Made by a program: the position numbers and the translations under genes. A stretch of DNA of 64,000 nucleotides, taken from Patescibacteria group bacterium UBA3530. GTDB taxonomy: Bacteria; Patescibacteriota; Minisyncoccia; Phycocordibacterales; UBA2100. Numbering within the stretch: the first letter of the stretch is position 1; every line of letters begins with the position of its first letter. The stretch spans positions 1,620-65,619 of the forward strand of contig DFOX01000016.1 of the NCBI GenBank assembly GCA_002376945.1, read 5' to 3'. This document shows positions 1 to 10,300 of this stretch, piece by piece. The notes below the pieces were generated by a model, which searched no databases, was not told the DNA's origin, and was given only the letters and a program-made list of their open reading frames with translations.

Positions 1-507
1 ATCTTCAGGAAGTACGATATGCTCGTTGAGCGAACTGTAGAGTGATCGCAATGCCGCTCGCACACTTTTGGCATGTGCCGTATCCAGGTACCAATGGTGT
101 ACAAACTCATTTCCATCCTTCCGCTTATCAAAAGCATCTCCAACATGTAGCAAAAAAAGAAGATGATTACGCTCCTTGGGTGATTTGGTAAGAATATCCA
201 GCAGCTCATCTTGCGGTGCGACACCGCCGAGTTGCTCGATAACGTCTGCAAGTTCACGAAAAGCATCTGCCAGATCTTGGTAATCGGCAGATTTTTGAAT
301 TGATTGCAATGCGTGATTTTCAATCTGCCGTACGCGTTCGCGGGTAATATCGTATGATTGTCCAACTGATTCCAAAGTTTCAATCGCGTCGCTTGCAGTC
401 AAACCGTAGCGTCGCATGAGTACATCACGTGCACGCTCGTTTTCAATAACGCCGATGAGGCGCTTGGTAATGTGTGCCGGCTTAAATGTAATTTGGATTT
501 CTGTCAT
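1..507 (-). CDS. Partial gene (C-terminus lies beyond the window edge) encoding a protein with an N-terminal sigma-70 region-4-like helix-turn-helix
   Basis: Minus-strand ORF starting at an ATG at 507 with no stop before position 1. The translation 'LMRRYGLTASDAIETLESVGQSYDITRERVRQIENHALQSIQ' matches the sigma-70 region 4 HTH signature. It is not in the ORF track because it is truncated. Confidence 0.5.
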   Translation of the reverse strand, partial: MTEIQITFKPAHITKRLIGVIENERARDVLMRRYGLTASDAIETLESVGQSYDITRERVRQIENHALQSIQKSADYQDLADAFRELADVIEQLGGVAPQDELLDILTKSPKERNHLLFLLHVGDAFDKRKDGNEFVHHWYLDTAHAKSVRAALRSLYSSLNEHIVLPED

Positions 508-566
508 GATGTAAGAGTGTTGTATCACGATAGTTATATTGCGTCAAGTGGTGTATATTCCGCTAT

Positions 567-3032
567 CTAGACAACGATATTGATTAGTTTGTTCAAGATG
601 TACACAACACGTTTTGGCTCCCCCACTATCCATCGTGAAAGCTTTTCCTCGGCGCGTACTGCGGATACAACTGTCGGTTCATCAGCATTGGTGGCAACCT
701 CCACACTCCCGCGTTTTTTTCCGTTAATTTGAACCGCAATGGTTACGGTTTCTTTGACAAGCTGTGACTCATTGTATTCTGGCCACGCTGTCAGATGGAT
801 TGAGGTATTTTCAGCAAATGTCTCTCTCCAGATTTCTTCAGATAGGTGTGGTGCAAACGGTGCAAGTATTTGCGTGAACAATTTGAAATCTTCACCTGAG
901 ATGCCATGCTCAGTAGCGACATTTAATAAAATCATCAGCTGTGCAATGGCGGTGTTAAATTTAAAACCCTCAATGTCTTCTCCAACCTTCTTGATTGTCT
1001 TATGAAGTTCTAACACGGTGGCCGGACCACTTTCCGTCGTGGTGTTTTGAGACAATTTCCACACTCTCTCCAAAAACCGCTGAGATCCGACAAGTCCGTC
1101 CGTGCTCCATGCAGTGGTGTTCTCAAACGGGCTCATAAACATTTCATATACACGCATTGCATCTGCCCCGTTGGTTTTTACAATTTCATCAGGATTAATC
1201 ACATTTCCCCATCGTTTGCTCATCTTCCGACCGTCCTCTGCAAGAATGAATCCGAGGAATTCAAGCCGAGTAAATGGCTCCTCAGTACTTACATATCCCA
1301 AATCAAATAGCACCTTGTGCCAGAAACGTGCATAGATAAGGTGTCGCACCGCATGATCTCCTCCAACGTACACATTAACCGGCATCCACTGACGCTCTTT
1401 CTCAGGGTCGATAAAGGCGTCGTTGTTATTGGGGTCGATAAAGCGCAGGTAGTACCACGATGATCCCGCCCACTGCGGCATAGTATTGGTCTCACGCTTT
1501 CCTTCTTTGCCGCATGTAGGACAGGATGTATGCACCCATTCGTCAATATGTGCAAGTGGCGACTCTCCTGTTCCAGTAGGTTCATAGTTTTCAACATCAG
1601 GAAGTGTCACTGGTAATTGATCTTCAGGAACCGGCACCGCGCCGCATGTTTTGCAGTGCACAATTGGAATCGGTTCCCCCCAGTATCGTTGTCGCGAGAA
1701 CACCCAGTCATTGAGACGGTAGGTACTTGCAATTGTACCTCCTACTTTCTCCGTTATGACCTCCTTAGCTTTCTCCGACTCCATACCGTTGAACTCGCCG
1801 GAGTTAATCAAGGTACCGGGATTTGTAGTAATTACCGTGCGTGTATACCAAAGGTTGTTAGCAAGCCAACGCAAGAGTGGTATCGAATCCACTCCCCTCG
1901 CATTGCCGCTGTGCGTGATAACTTTTCGTACCGGAAGCGCAAACTTCCGGGCAAACGCGTAATCTCTCTCATCATGCGCCGGAACTGCCATGATTGCGCC
2001 TGTTCCATAATGTGCGAGTACATAATCTGCGACAAACAAAGGGATTTCCTCTCCATTTGCAGGATTTACCACACTAACACCTCGGAGGAGTACGCCGGTT
2101 TTCTCCTTCGTTTCATCAAGTCGATCCATCTCACTTCTTCTTTGAGATTTCACAACATATTCCTCGACTTCCTCTGTATTTGAGTATGCAAGTTTCTTGA
2201 CAAGTTCATGCTCCGGAGCGAGCACCATGTATGTCACACCAAAGATAGTATCGGGTCGTGTGGTAAAAACCTTGATGCGCTCTTGACTACCCTTGACCGT
2301 AAACTCAATCTCCGACCCTTCACTTTTTCCAATCCAATTTCTCTGTGCTTCTTTAATATGTTCAGGCCATCGATCAAGAAGTGACAAATCATCAAGTAGC
2401 CGGTCCGCATAATCGGTAATGCGAAGCACCCATTGCCTCATGGGTTTTTTCTCAACAATCGAACCACATCGCTCACATGTACCATCGCTCTCCAAATCTT
2501 CATTTGCCAAGCCGGTTTGACACGACGGGCACCAGTTAATGGGTTCATGTGATTCAAAAGCCAATCCTTTCTTAAAGAGTTGCAAGAAAATCCATTGTGT
2601 CCATTTGTAGTATTCAGGATCAGTCGTATTGATTTCCCTGCTCCAATCGTAATTAAAACCAAGATGGCTCAATTGGCGCTTAAAGTTCTGGATATTTTTT
2701 TCAACCGCCACGCGTGGATGGACTCGATTTTTTATTGCAAAGTTTTCAGCAGGTAATCCAAACGCATCCCATCCCATGGGGTGCAGAACTTCAAACCCAC
2801 TCATTTTCTTAAAACGGGAGTAGACGTCGGTCGCTATGTACCCTTTCGGGTGACCAACATGCAACCCCTCTCCTGAGGGATAGGGGAACATATCCAACAC
2901 AAATACTTTCGGTTTTTTCGAGGAATCGTCAGTGGCATAGATATCTTCCGATTCCCACTGCTGCTGCCATTTCTTTTCGACTTTTGTGTGGTCAAAGTTT
3001 TTCATAAAAGTACATAGTAGCACTACCGGCAA
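567..3032 (-). CDS. leuS: Leucyl-tRNA synthetase
   Basis: 821 aa, with class I HIGH-type 'PYPSGEGLHVGHPKGY' and LeuRS-typical N-terminal and editing-domain sequence. Confidence 0.95.
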   Translation of the reverse strand: MPVVLLCTFMKNFDHTKVEKKWQQQWESEDIYATDDSSKKPKVFVLDMFPYPSGEGLHVGHPKGYIATDVYSRFKKMSGFEVLHPMGWDAFGLPAENFAIKNRVHPRVAVEKNIQNFKRQLSHLGFNYDWSREINTTDPEYYKWTQWIFLQLFKKGLAFESHEPINWCPSCQTGLANEDLESDGTCERCGSIVEKKPMRQWVLRITDYADRLLDDLSLLDRWPEHIKEAQRNWIGKSEGSEIEFTVKGSQERIKVFTTRPDTIFGVTYMVLAPEHELVKKLAYSNTEEVEEYVVKSQRRSEMDRLDETKEKTGVLLRGVSVVNPANGEEIPLFVADYVLAHYGTGAIMAVPAHDERDYAFARKFALPVRKVITHSGNARGVDSIPLLRWLANNLWYTRTVITTNPGTLINSGEFNGMESEKAKEVITEKVGGTIASTYRLNDWVFSRQRYWGEPIPIVHCKTCGAVPVPEDQLPVTLPDVENYEPTGTGESPLAHIDEWVHTSCPTCGKEGKRETNTMPQWAGSSWYYLRFIDPNNNDAFIDPEKERQWMPVNVYVGGDHAVRHLIYARFWHKVLFDLGYVSTEEPFTRLEFLGFILAEDGRKMSKRWGNVINPDEIVKTNGADAMRVYEMFMSPFENTTAWSTDGLVGSQRFLERVWKLSQNTTTESGPATVLELHKTIKKVGEDIEGFKFNTAIAQLMILLNVATEHGISGEDFKLFTQILAPFAPHLSEEIWRETFAENTSIHLTAWPEYNESQLVKETVTIAVQINGKKRGSVEVATNADEPTVVSAVRAEEKLSRWIVGEPKRVVYILNKLINIVV

Positions 3033-3053
3033 TGCTCATACAAGAAATCCATA

Positions 3054-4034
3054 CTAAAACCGTAACCTCACCGGATCCTTTGGATATGGAGGTACCCGCT
3101 CTGGATCTATTTCTCTCTCAAAACACGTACGCCCCGCATTATGCTCCCAGGATGCTGCGGTTTTTGCAAATTCTCGTACCTGCCAATCATCCGAGTTGCG
3201 AGCGTCACTGCCGAGCTCTGGAAGTGGCAATCCGAAAGTCGCACATAGCTCAAATGTAAGTGGACCAGTTACGGCATATTCATAATCTTCCCGTGTTTCC
3301 GGATCGGTTGGGATATACGCACCAACAAGCGGATCTCTTAGATCGTCGATGGTGTCCGGAAGGCGTTTGGTGTTTCGATAATATTCGGTGATCTGTGATT
3401 GTATGCTTGAAAGATCACTGATTCGCTGATCATCGTATCGGAGAATGCGCTGCGTTCGGGGAGATCCGATGATAAAGAATGCGGCGATGATCGATACTAA
3501 GACGATTAACGAAACTACTTTCTCAATACTCTTGGATAGCTTTTCCCGTTGCTCCCAAACCCCGCGTACGTCTTGCAGGTAGTAGTAGAAAACTCCTCCG
3601 AATACAATAAGCACCGTGAGCACTTTGAGCAGGAATGATGCGGTCAACTCTTCTCCACCTAAGAAGGTGTTAATCAAAACAATCATATCAACAATGAGTG
3701 CAACCGCGGAACCAAATATGGTAAGTACCAAAAGCCATCGGCGCACCCATAGATCTTTTTTTTCAGGAAACATCCTAATCTCCCGTTGAAGCATGCGAGT
3801 GAGTACAATATATATGGGAAAAAGAACGATTAAACTGGCGATTGCGAATCGTATTCCGTCTGAGTACGGATCGTATCCCACAATGGCGTTGCCAAAGAGT
3901 CGTTCAATATATTCAAATGAGAGTATAATGAAGCTCCCGACTGAAAAATAGAGTGCAACTACGGCACCGGTCCATAGAAAGAAGTCTTTTGGTGCTACCT
4001 TCATAATATGTGTATTATGCAATAATACTCTCAT
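3054..4034 (-). CDS. Multi-pass membrane protein of unknown function with a C-terminal soluble domain
   Basis: 326 aa with several hydrophobic segments ('VVALYFSVGSFIILSF', 'LLVLTIFGSAVALIV') and a hydrophilic C-terminal part. No recognisable catalytic motif. Confidence 0.55.
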   Translation of the reverse strand: MRVLLHNTHIMKVAPKDFFLWTGAVVALYFSVGSFIILSFEYIERLFGNAIVGYDPYSDGIRFAIASLIVLFPIYIVLTRMLQREIRMFPEKKDLWVRRWLLVLTIFGSAVALIVDMIVLINTFLGGEELTASFLLKVLTVLIVFGGVFYYYLQDVRGVWEQREKLSKSIEKVVSLIVLVSIIAAFFIIGSPRTQRILRYDDQRISDLSSIQSQITEYYRNTKRLPDTIDDLRDPLVGAYIPTDPETREDYEYAVTGPLTFELCATFGLPLPELGSDARNSDDWQVREFAKTAASWEHNAGRTCFEREIDPERVPPYPKDPVRLRF

Positions 4035-4066
4035 CCTACATTAGTTGTGTGATGAGCGGAAGTCGC

Positions 4067-5167
4067 TTACGAGTGCCTAAACTCCATAACATCTCCATCT
4101 TGCACGATATAGTCCTTCCCTTCGGTACGAACTTTTCCTTGTTCCTTGGCTTTTGACCACGTGCCAGCTGCAACAAGTTTCTCCCAATGAATGGTTTCAG
4201 CTCGAATGAACTTTTTCATAAAATCAGTATGAATGACTCCTGCTGCCACCGGCGCAGTGCTCCCATCAACAATCGTCCATGCACGCGTTTCCTTCTCTCC
4301 CGTTGTAAAGTACGAAATGAGCCCGAGGAGGGCGTACCCTGTTTTGATCATTTCATTCACACCACTTTCGATAACACCGAGCTCTCGTCGAAATTCGTGT
4401 GATTCGTCTCCTGAAATATCTTTAAGCTCGTCCTCAACTCCCGCATCAACCTCCACCCAATATGCTCCAGCGTCTTCCAAAAAACGCTTAAGTGCATCCC
4501 ATCGTATATCACCGTGTTCATGAATATTGTATGCGGAACTTTTCTTGTTCAAGACGTACATACATGGCTTCATCGTAAGGAGGTGAAGTCCTCCTACGAG
4601 TTCCAACTCTTTTTCATCAAGTCGCGCAACACGAGCGAGTTTTCCCGCCTCAAGTATTGGAAGAATTTTTTTGAGTGCTCCTTGCAGTACTACTGCGTCA
4701 TTACTTCCTGAACGAACTTCCTTTTCGATACTTCCCAAACGCTTCATGACCGTCTGTATATCGGCCAAAATTAACTCAAGATTAATGATGTCAATATCAT
4801 GAGCGGGATCAACCGCACCGTTTACATGAATAACGTCTTCATCATCAAACACACGTACCACTTGTGCAATCGCATCCACTTCACGAATTGTTGCAAGAAA
4901 TTGATTTCCCAAACCTTCTCCCCGAGAAGCTCCTTTCACGAGACCTGCAATATCAACAAACTCAACGATTGCAGGAATCACTTTTTTGGAATGTGACAAC
5001 GCGGCGAGCTGTGTAAGTCGAGCGTCAGGCACTGCAACCACACCAATGGAGGGATCAATGGTACAAAAAGGATAGTTCTCAGTTTGGACCGATCCCTTGG
5101 TAAGTGCATTAAAAAGCGTCGATTTCCCGACGTTTGGTAATCCGACAATACCAATTGAGAGTGTCAT
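4067..5167 (-). CDS. ychF: Ribosome-binding ATPase YchF (Obg-like GTPase family)
   Basis: Carries the 'IGIVGLPNVGKSTLFNALT' P-loop and a C-terminal TGS-like domain. The likely true start is the internal ATG (MTLSIG) at 5167, not the ORF-track start at 5254. Confidence 0.9.
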   Translation of the reverse strand: MTLSIGIVGLPNVGKSTLFNALTKGSVQTENYPFCTIDPSIGVVAVPDARLTQLAALSHSKKVIPAIVEFVDIAGLVKGASRGEGLGNQFLATIREVDAIAQVVRVFDDEDVIHVNGAVDPAHDIDIINLELILADIQTVMKRLGSIEKEVRSGSNDAVVLQGALKKILPILEAGKLARVARLDEKELELVGGLHLLTMKPCMYVLNKKSSAYNIHEHGDIRWDALKRFLEDAGAYWVEVDAGVEDELKDISGDESHEFRRELGVIESGVNEMIKTGYALLGLISYFTTGEKETRAWTIVDGSTAPVAAGVIHTDFMKKFIRAETIHWEKLVAAGTWSKAKEQGKVRTEGKDYIVQDGDVMEFRHS

Positions 5168-5214
5168 AATGGTGTATGTTATACCGCATTTACTTGAGAG
5201 TGCAACACAAAATG

Positions 5215-5235
5215 AAAAACCCCTGCCGGAGCAGG
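5215..5235 (-). terminator. Rho-independent terminator
   Basis: Stem CCTGC/GCAGG with loop TCCG, followed by a T-run on the minus strand (seen as 'aaaaac' on the plus strand at 5215..5220). Confidence 0.5.
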
Positions 5236-5380
5236 AATTCTTCAGTGGTGCCATTTTGTTCCGAAGAACGAAACGAGCACCATGGAATCAAGCTCCGGAG
5301 AGCTAGACTCCATGGTGGCCATTTCGAGTCAAAGACCTGAAAAAGTCACCAGTACGGCAATCAGCAAGCTGACTACCGTT
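5216..5380 (-). ncRNA. Candidate structured leader or small RNA between the promoter and an intrinsic terminator, upstream of ychF
   Basis: Five predicted hairpins, including CCAUGGA..AGCUC-UCCG-GAGCU..UCCAUGG and GGUGC..GUUC-UUCG-GAAC..GCACC. It ends with CCUGC-UCCG-GCAGG followed by UUUUU. No ORF. Confidence 0.35.
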
Positions 5381-5385
5381 TCTGT

Positions 5386-5413
5386 AAGATAGCAAATGCG
5401 AAAAAAATGTCAA
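5386..5413 (-). promoter_or_regulatory. Sigma70-like promoter on the minus strand
   Basis: -35 TTGACA (5413..5408), a 16-nt spacer, and -10 TATCTT (5391..5386). Confidence 0.45.
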
Positions 5414-5455
5414 ACACCTTACAGAGTTATGGGATAAATATAGATATGTGTCAAA

Positions 5456-5716
5456 TTATCGCATCAATTGTGCCAATTCATTTCGATACTTTTTACTGAC
5501 CTCCATCATCGCATTCATCTGATCTTTTCCACCCTTTACCAACTCTTGTGTTTCTTTGGCGATTTTCATAAAGAGCTCGGGATCCTTTTCCACCATGGCG
5601 GCGAGCATGTCTGCTTGGTCTTTTGGCATATTCTTAAGCTGGGATGCCATCAGCTTCTTCAACATAAATTTCTTAAACATATGCGTGCATTGTATACCAG
5701 GAGTGACAAGGTGCAA
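5456..5716 (-). CDS. Small K/E/M-rich helical protein, unknown function
   Basis: 86-aa ORF with coding-like composition and no recognisable family. It is followed by an orphan promoter. Confidence 0.4.
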   Translation of the reverse strand: MHLVTPGIQCTHMFKKFMLKKLMASQLKNMPKDQADMLAAMVEKDPELFMKIAKETQELVKGGKDQMNAMMEVSKKYRNELAQLMR

Positions 5717-5740
5717 AACTATTGACTTGTAAGTATTCTA

Positions 5741-7354
5741 ATGGTAGAAATTGGCATGCATATATTTTCAAAAACCCGTCGTTTCGTGCGACGATATTGG
5801 AACACACCAACAAAAATTGCGCTTGTGGTACTTTTGGCATTTCTACTATTGGTCACTTTGCGTGTAATCATTACACGAGAAGCTGTCACTGATGCCGCCC
5901 CTGCTGTGCGCTCGGTAGTGGTGCTTCCCGCTGGAGTAAGTACTCAAAGTCGAGCTGGTATCGAAATAAGTGGAGAAGTTATGGCAACAACTCAAGGTGA
6001 TTTACGATCAAACAGTACCGGCATTGTTACCAATGTATATCAATCAGTATCAGATAACGTGGCGCGCGGGACAATTATCGCGACGATGGAAAATGCGGGA
6101 GAACGGGCTGGTGTTGCTCAGGCAAAGGCGGGAGTAGCTCAGGCGCAGGCAAACCTTAGCAAAGTATCGGGAGGAACACGCGAGGAGCAACTCGCGGTAC
6201 TTGCCGCTTCCACGCAAAGAGCACAGAGTGCGTACGAAGAGGCAGAGATTGGATTGCAAAATGCATTGATCAATGCGTACATTACCACCAACACGGCGTA
6301 CGCCGGCGGTGTGGATGCCATGTTTGACGATGCAGACAAAGCTAGTCCAAAGCTCAAGGTGACGACCGCCAATGGTAGTGACGCACTTGCTGCTGAGCAT
6401 GCACGGTTTCTCATTCAGGCAACCATCGAGCGACACGAGGAACTTTCACGACAGATACAGTTCATTTCCGGTGAGAATTTACTTCAAGAAGCTCGAAAAG
6501 TTGAAAAGGAAAATTTAACTATGAAGGCGGGGCTTGATGCGCTCATACGTGCCCTTAACGGAGCACCGCAGGACGTGAGTGCATACTTGACGATTGCAAA
6601 CACAGCACGTGCAAATGTGGTGCAAGCACGAACATCACTTGTATCAGCAAGAGGCGGATGGAGTGCGGCCGAGAGTGCACGTACCATAGCGCAAGAAAAC
6701 GAGGCGCTCGGAATTTCAGGTGCTCAATCAGAAGATATTGTAGTGGCAAAAGCGCAGCTTGCCGCAGCTCAAGCAACACTCTCACAAGCGTACGCACGAC
6801 TTGAAGATACCTATATACGAGCGCCCGTTGCCGGAACACTCACTCGCCTTTCCATTAAACCCGGTGATTTTGTGTCTGCGTATCAAGACGTTGGATTAGT
6901 TGCCAGTACGGGGTCGTATGAAATTGAGACATTTGTTTCTGTTCCAACTGCTCGGCAAATTGCAGTCGGTACCCCGGTACGCATTGAAGGACAGTATGAT
7001 GGAGTTGTCACCAGTATCGCCGAGAGTATTGATCCTGCAAAACGACAAATTGCAGTGAAAATTGCATTTACTGACACTGCAGTGGATGTACCTACCGGTA
7101 CCCGAGTGTCAGTTATCTTTATCGAAAACATAGATGGTACCGATGTCACTGTCCCGGTTTCAGCACTCAAATTAATTGGTGATGAGGCCTTCGTGTTTAC
7201 GATAGAAAACGGCCTATTGGTGGCGCTTCCTGTGGTATTGGGAGAGATTGCTCAAAATACAGTCGAAATTGTTTCAGGCATTAGTCGCACCACCATGATT
7301 GTAATCGATGCACGAGGATTTAATGAGGGAGATGCTGTGATAATTGCGCCATAG
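5741..7354 (+). CDS. Efflux periplasmic adaptor subunit (HlyD membrane-fusion-protein family)
   Basis: N-terminal TM anchor, an Ala/Gln-rich coiled-coil middle region, and a C-terminal 'RAPVAGTLTRLSIKPGDFV' beta-barrel motif. Its stop overlaps the RND pump gene start (7354/7357). Confidence 0.8.
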   Translation: MVEIGMHIFSKTRRFVRRYWNTPTKIALVVLLAFLLLVTLRVIITREAVTDAAPAVRSVVVLPAGVSTQSRAGIEISGEVMATTQGDLRSNSTGIVTNVYQSVSDNVARGTIIATMENAGERAGVAQAKAGVAQAQANLSKVSGGTREEQLAVLAASTQRAQSAYEEAEIGLQNALINAYITTNTAYAGGVDAMFDDADKASPKLKVTTANGSDALAAEHARFLIQATIERHEELSRQIQFISGENLLQEARKVEKENLTMKAGLDALIRALNGAPQDVSAYLTIANTARANVVQARTSLVSARGGWSAAESARTIAQENEALGISGAQSEDIVVAKAQLAAAQATLSQAYARLEDTYIRAPVAGTLTRLSIKPGDFVSAYQDVGLVASTGSYEIETFVSVPTARQIAVGTPVRIEGQYDGVVTSIAESIDPAKRQIAVKIAFTDTAVDVPTGTRVSVIFIENIDGTDVTVPVSALKLIGDEAFVFTIENGLLVALPVVLGEIAQNTVEIVSGISRTTMIVIDARGFNEGDAVIIAP

Positions 7355-7356
7355 TT

Positions 7357-10300
7357 ATGTTTAATGTTTGGAGTTTTTTTACGCAGCGAAGTCGCTTCGC
7401 CGTGATAGTGATAGCCGCCATTCTCTTTTTGGGCATAGGTGCTATTTACAATATTCCAAAAGAATCTGCTCCGGAAGTTGATGTTCCCATCGCAATTGTA
7501 AGTACGGTACTTCCCGGTGCGTCTCCGGAAGATGTGGAGCAACTGGTGACGAATGTACTTGAGGAGCCGCTAAAAAATACGTTGAGTGATGTGCGGAATA
7601 TTACCTCAACGTCTGGAAATGGCATATCAACAATCACGGTAGAGTTTGAGGCGAATGCAAATTTACCAAAATCCATGCGCAGTGTTCGTGATGAGGTTGA
7701 TGCAGCGAAAATTGATTTGCCCGATGATGCCCTTGATCCACGGATTATCGAAATTGATTTTGGTGGTGATCCGGTAGTTACCGGAACACTTTCGGCAGAC
7801 ATTCCAAATGAACTTCTGTATACGATTGCGGAAGATACTGCAGATGTACTTGAAACAATTCCCGGTGTTTCGTCCGTGGTTTTAAGCGGAGTGACGGGTA
7901 AAGAGGTGCAGGTTGTTATTGACACGCAGGCCCTCCAACAGTATGGGATCACCGTCGCTCACGTAACCGGAGCGATTGCCGGAGCGAATACATCACTTCC
8001 TGTTGGCAATATTGAAATAGATGGTGCTGAGTTCCCCGTTCGCCTTGCAGGAGATATCGAAAGTGCAGAGCACGTGGCCGATACACCAATACTGTCACTT
8101 GATGGTGCACCCGTGTACGTTCGCGATGTGGCAAATGTGTTTGTTGGCCGTGAGGAACCATCATCACTCAGCAGAACCAGTTTGAACAATCAACCATCTA
8201 ATCCATCAGTGTCATTTGAGGTGTTTAAGAGTTCGAGTGCAAACATCACTACTGTGAGTACTGCGGTTCAGGAAAAGCTGCAAAATATGCAAAAGGAACC
8301 CGGGGGACTTCTTGAGAATATTGCGGTTCACAACATGTATGACAGTGGAGAAGAACTGAAGAGCGACTTAACCACACTGACAAGAAGCGGCATGTACACC
8401 GTCTTGTTGGTAACACTCGTCTTAATGATTGCCGTTGGGTGGCGAGAATCCATAATCGCTGCAATATCAATTCCACTCTCATTCCTCACTGCGTTTATTG
8501 GTCTTGCATACTCAGGAAATTCACTCAACTTTGTGAGTCTTTTCGCCCTCATTCTCTCTATCGGTATTATTGTGGATTCAACCATTGTCATTGTTGAAGG
8601 CATTAACAAGAAACTGCACGAAATGCGACGCCATCAAGGAGAGACGGTACAGGAAGTGCAGAGTGTAAAGTCACACGCTGCACTTGATGTTGTGAGAGAA
8701 TTCCACGTGCCACTTACTGCGGGAACAATGACTACCATCGCGGTATTTGCTCCGTTATTTATTGTCTCGGGAATCACCGGTGAGTTTATCAAAAGTATTC
8801 CGTTTACCATCATCTTCGTACTCGCCGCTTCCCTTTTGGTGGCACTGGGCTTCGTACCCATGATTGCTACGAAACTATTACGCCGCGGAAGTAATGCAGA
8901 AAATGCATTTGTGAAGAAAAGGGAGAATGTAACAGCGCGCTTTGAGGCGTTGTATCGAATCTATCTCACTAAATTGCTCTCCAGTCGTGAGGCGGAGAAT
9001 ATCCTCTTCATCACGCTCATTGCCCTCTTTGTGCTGACACTCGCTCTTCCTGTAGTTGGTGCGGTACGTGTCGTCTTTTTTGAAGACAGCAATTCCGATT
9101 ACATGATTCTTGAGACTTCGCTACCAATTGGGTCAGTGCTGTCGGAAACCGACCTAGAAATTCGAAAAGCTGAAGAGGTGCTCTACACTATTCCCGAGGC
9201 CACTTCATTTGTGACTACAGTTGGCAGTGGAAGTGCCTTTACTAATCCATTTGAGGGAAGTCCTACCGGTAGTGCGCGCACCGCAAACATTTTTGTAAAT
9301 CTTGATCCAAAACGAAAGCGAAATACCACTGAAATTCTTGACGATGTTCGTCAGAAACTTGAGGTGATTAAGACATCTGATATTCGCGCAGATCAATTAA
9401 GTGACGGTCCGCCGTCACTTGCGCCGATTACCATAACCATCTATGGAGATAAGTTTGTGGATCTTGAAATTGCTGCGGCAAAAGTTGAAACCGTTCTTAA
9501 GCGTATTCCCGGTACTGCGGATATTACTTCAAGCGTGAAGGATGCCACCAGTGAATTTGTATTTTCGATAAATCGCGATGAAGTAGTGGCACTGGGTGCT
9601 GATATACGTAGTATCGCGGGGAGTTTGCGTGTTGCGTTGTATGGTGAAGATATTACCGAGATTAAACAATTGGGAGACGATGTCGACATTGTCGCTCGTG
9701 TTGCACTTGATGCTGAAGGAGTGAATCGCCGATACGATACGAATATCACAACACTTGAATCGCTCGCGCGAGTGATGGTACAGACACAAAGCGGGGTCTA
9801 TCCACTTGCAACTTTTATCGAGGTGGCAGTTGAACCAAGTCGAGCGTCCATTGAACATGACAACGGCACACGCATTGCCACTGTTTCAAGTCGAATCGGT
9901 GCAGGTGGAAATGCTTTGGTAATTACACAGCAGGCACAAAAATTACTAGCATCTGAAACACTTCCCGAGGGCGTTCGACTTTCCTTTGGTGGTGAGAGCG
10001 AAGATATTGATCAGTCATTCCGGGATATGTTTACCGCACTGATTATCGGCGTCATCAGTATGTTTGCCATTTTGGTACTGCAATTCAATTCGTTTCGTTT
10101 TGCCACCTACGTTCTTATGATCGTACCACTGTCACTCATCGGAGTATTTCTCGGACTGATGATTACGGGAAACCCACTCTCATTTCCATCCATTATGGGA
10201 TTCATCGCCCTTTCAGGAATTGTGGTGAACAATTCAATTATCTTAATTGATACGATTAATACTGAAAGACGCACGTATGCAAACTCAAAAACGATGCACG

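Noticed and set aside
739-2183. Several plus-strand ORFs (739..1005, 1047..1310, 1617..2183) inside leuS
   Set aside because: Antisense to a strongly supported leuS reading frame. Spurious.
5215-5413. T-box or TPP/SAM-type riboswitch assignment for the ychF leader
   Set aside because: No T-box consensus (AGGGUGGNACCGCG) and no TPP (CUGAGA) or other signature strings I recognise. Left as an unclassified structured leader or small RNA.
5468-5725. 85-aa plus-strand ORF
   Set aside because: Exact antisense of the 5456..5716 ORF with His/Leu-rich shadow-frame composition. Spurious.
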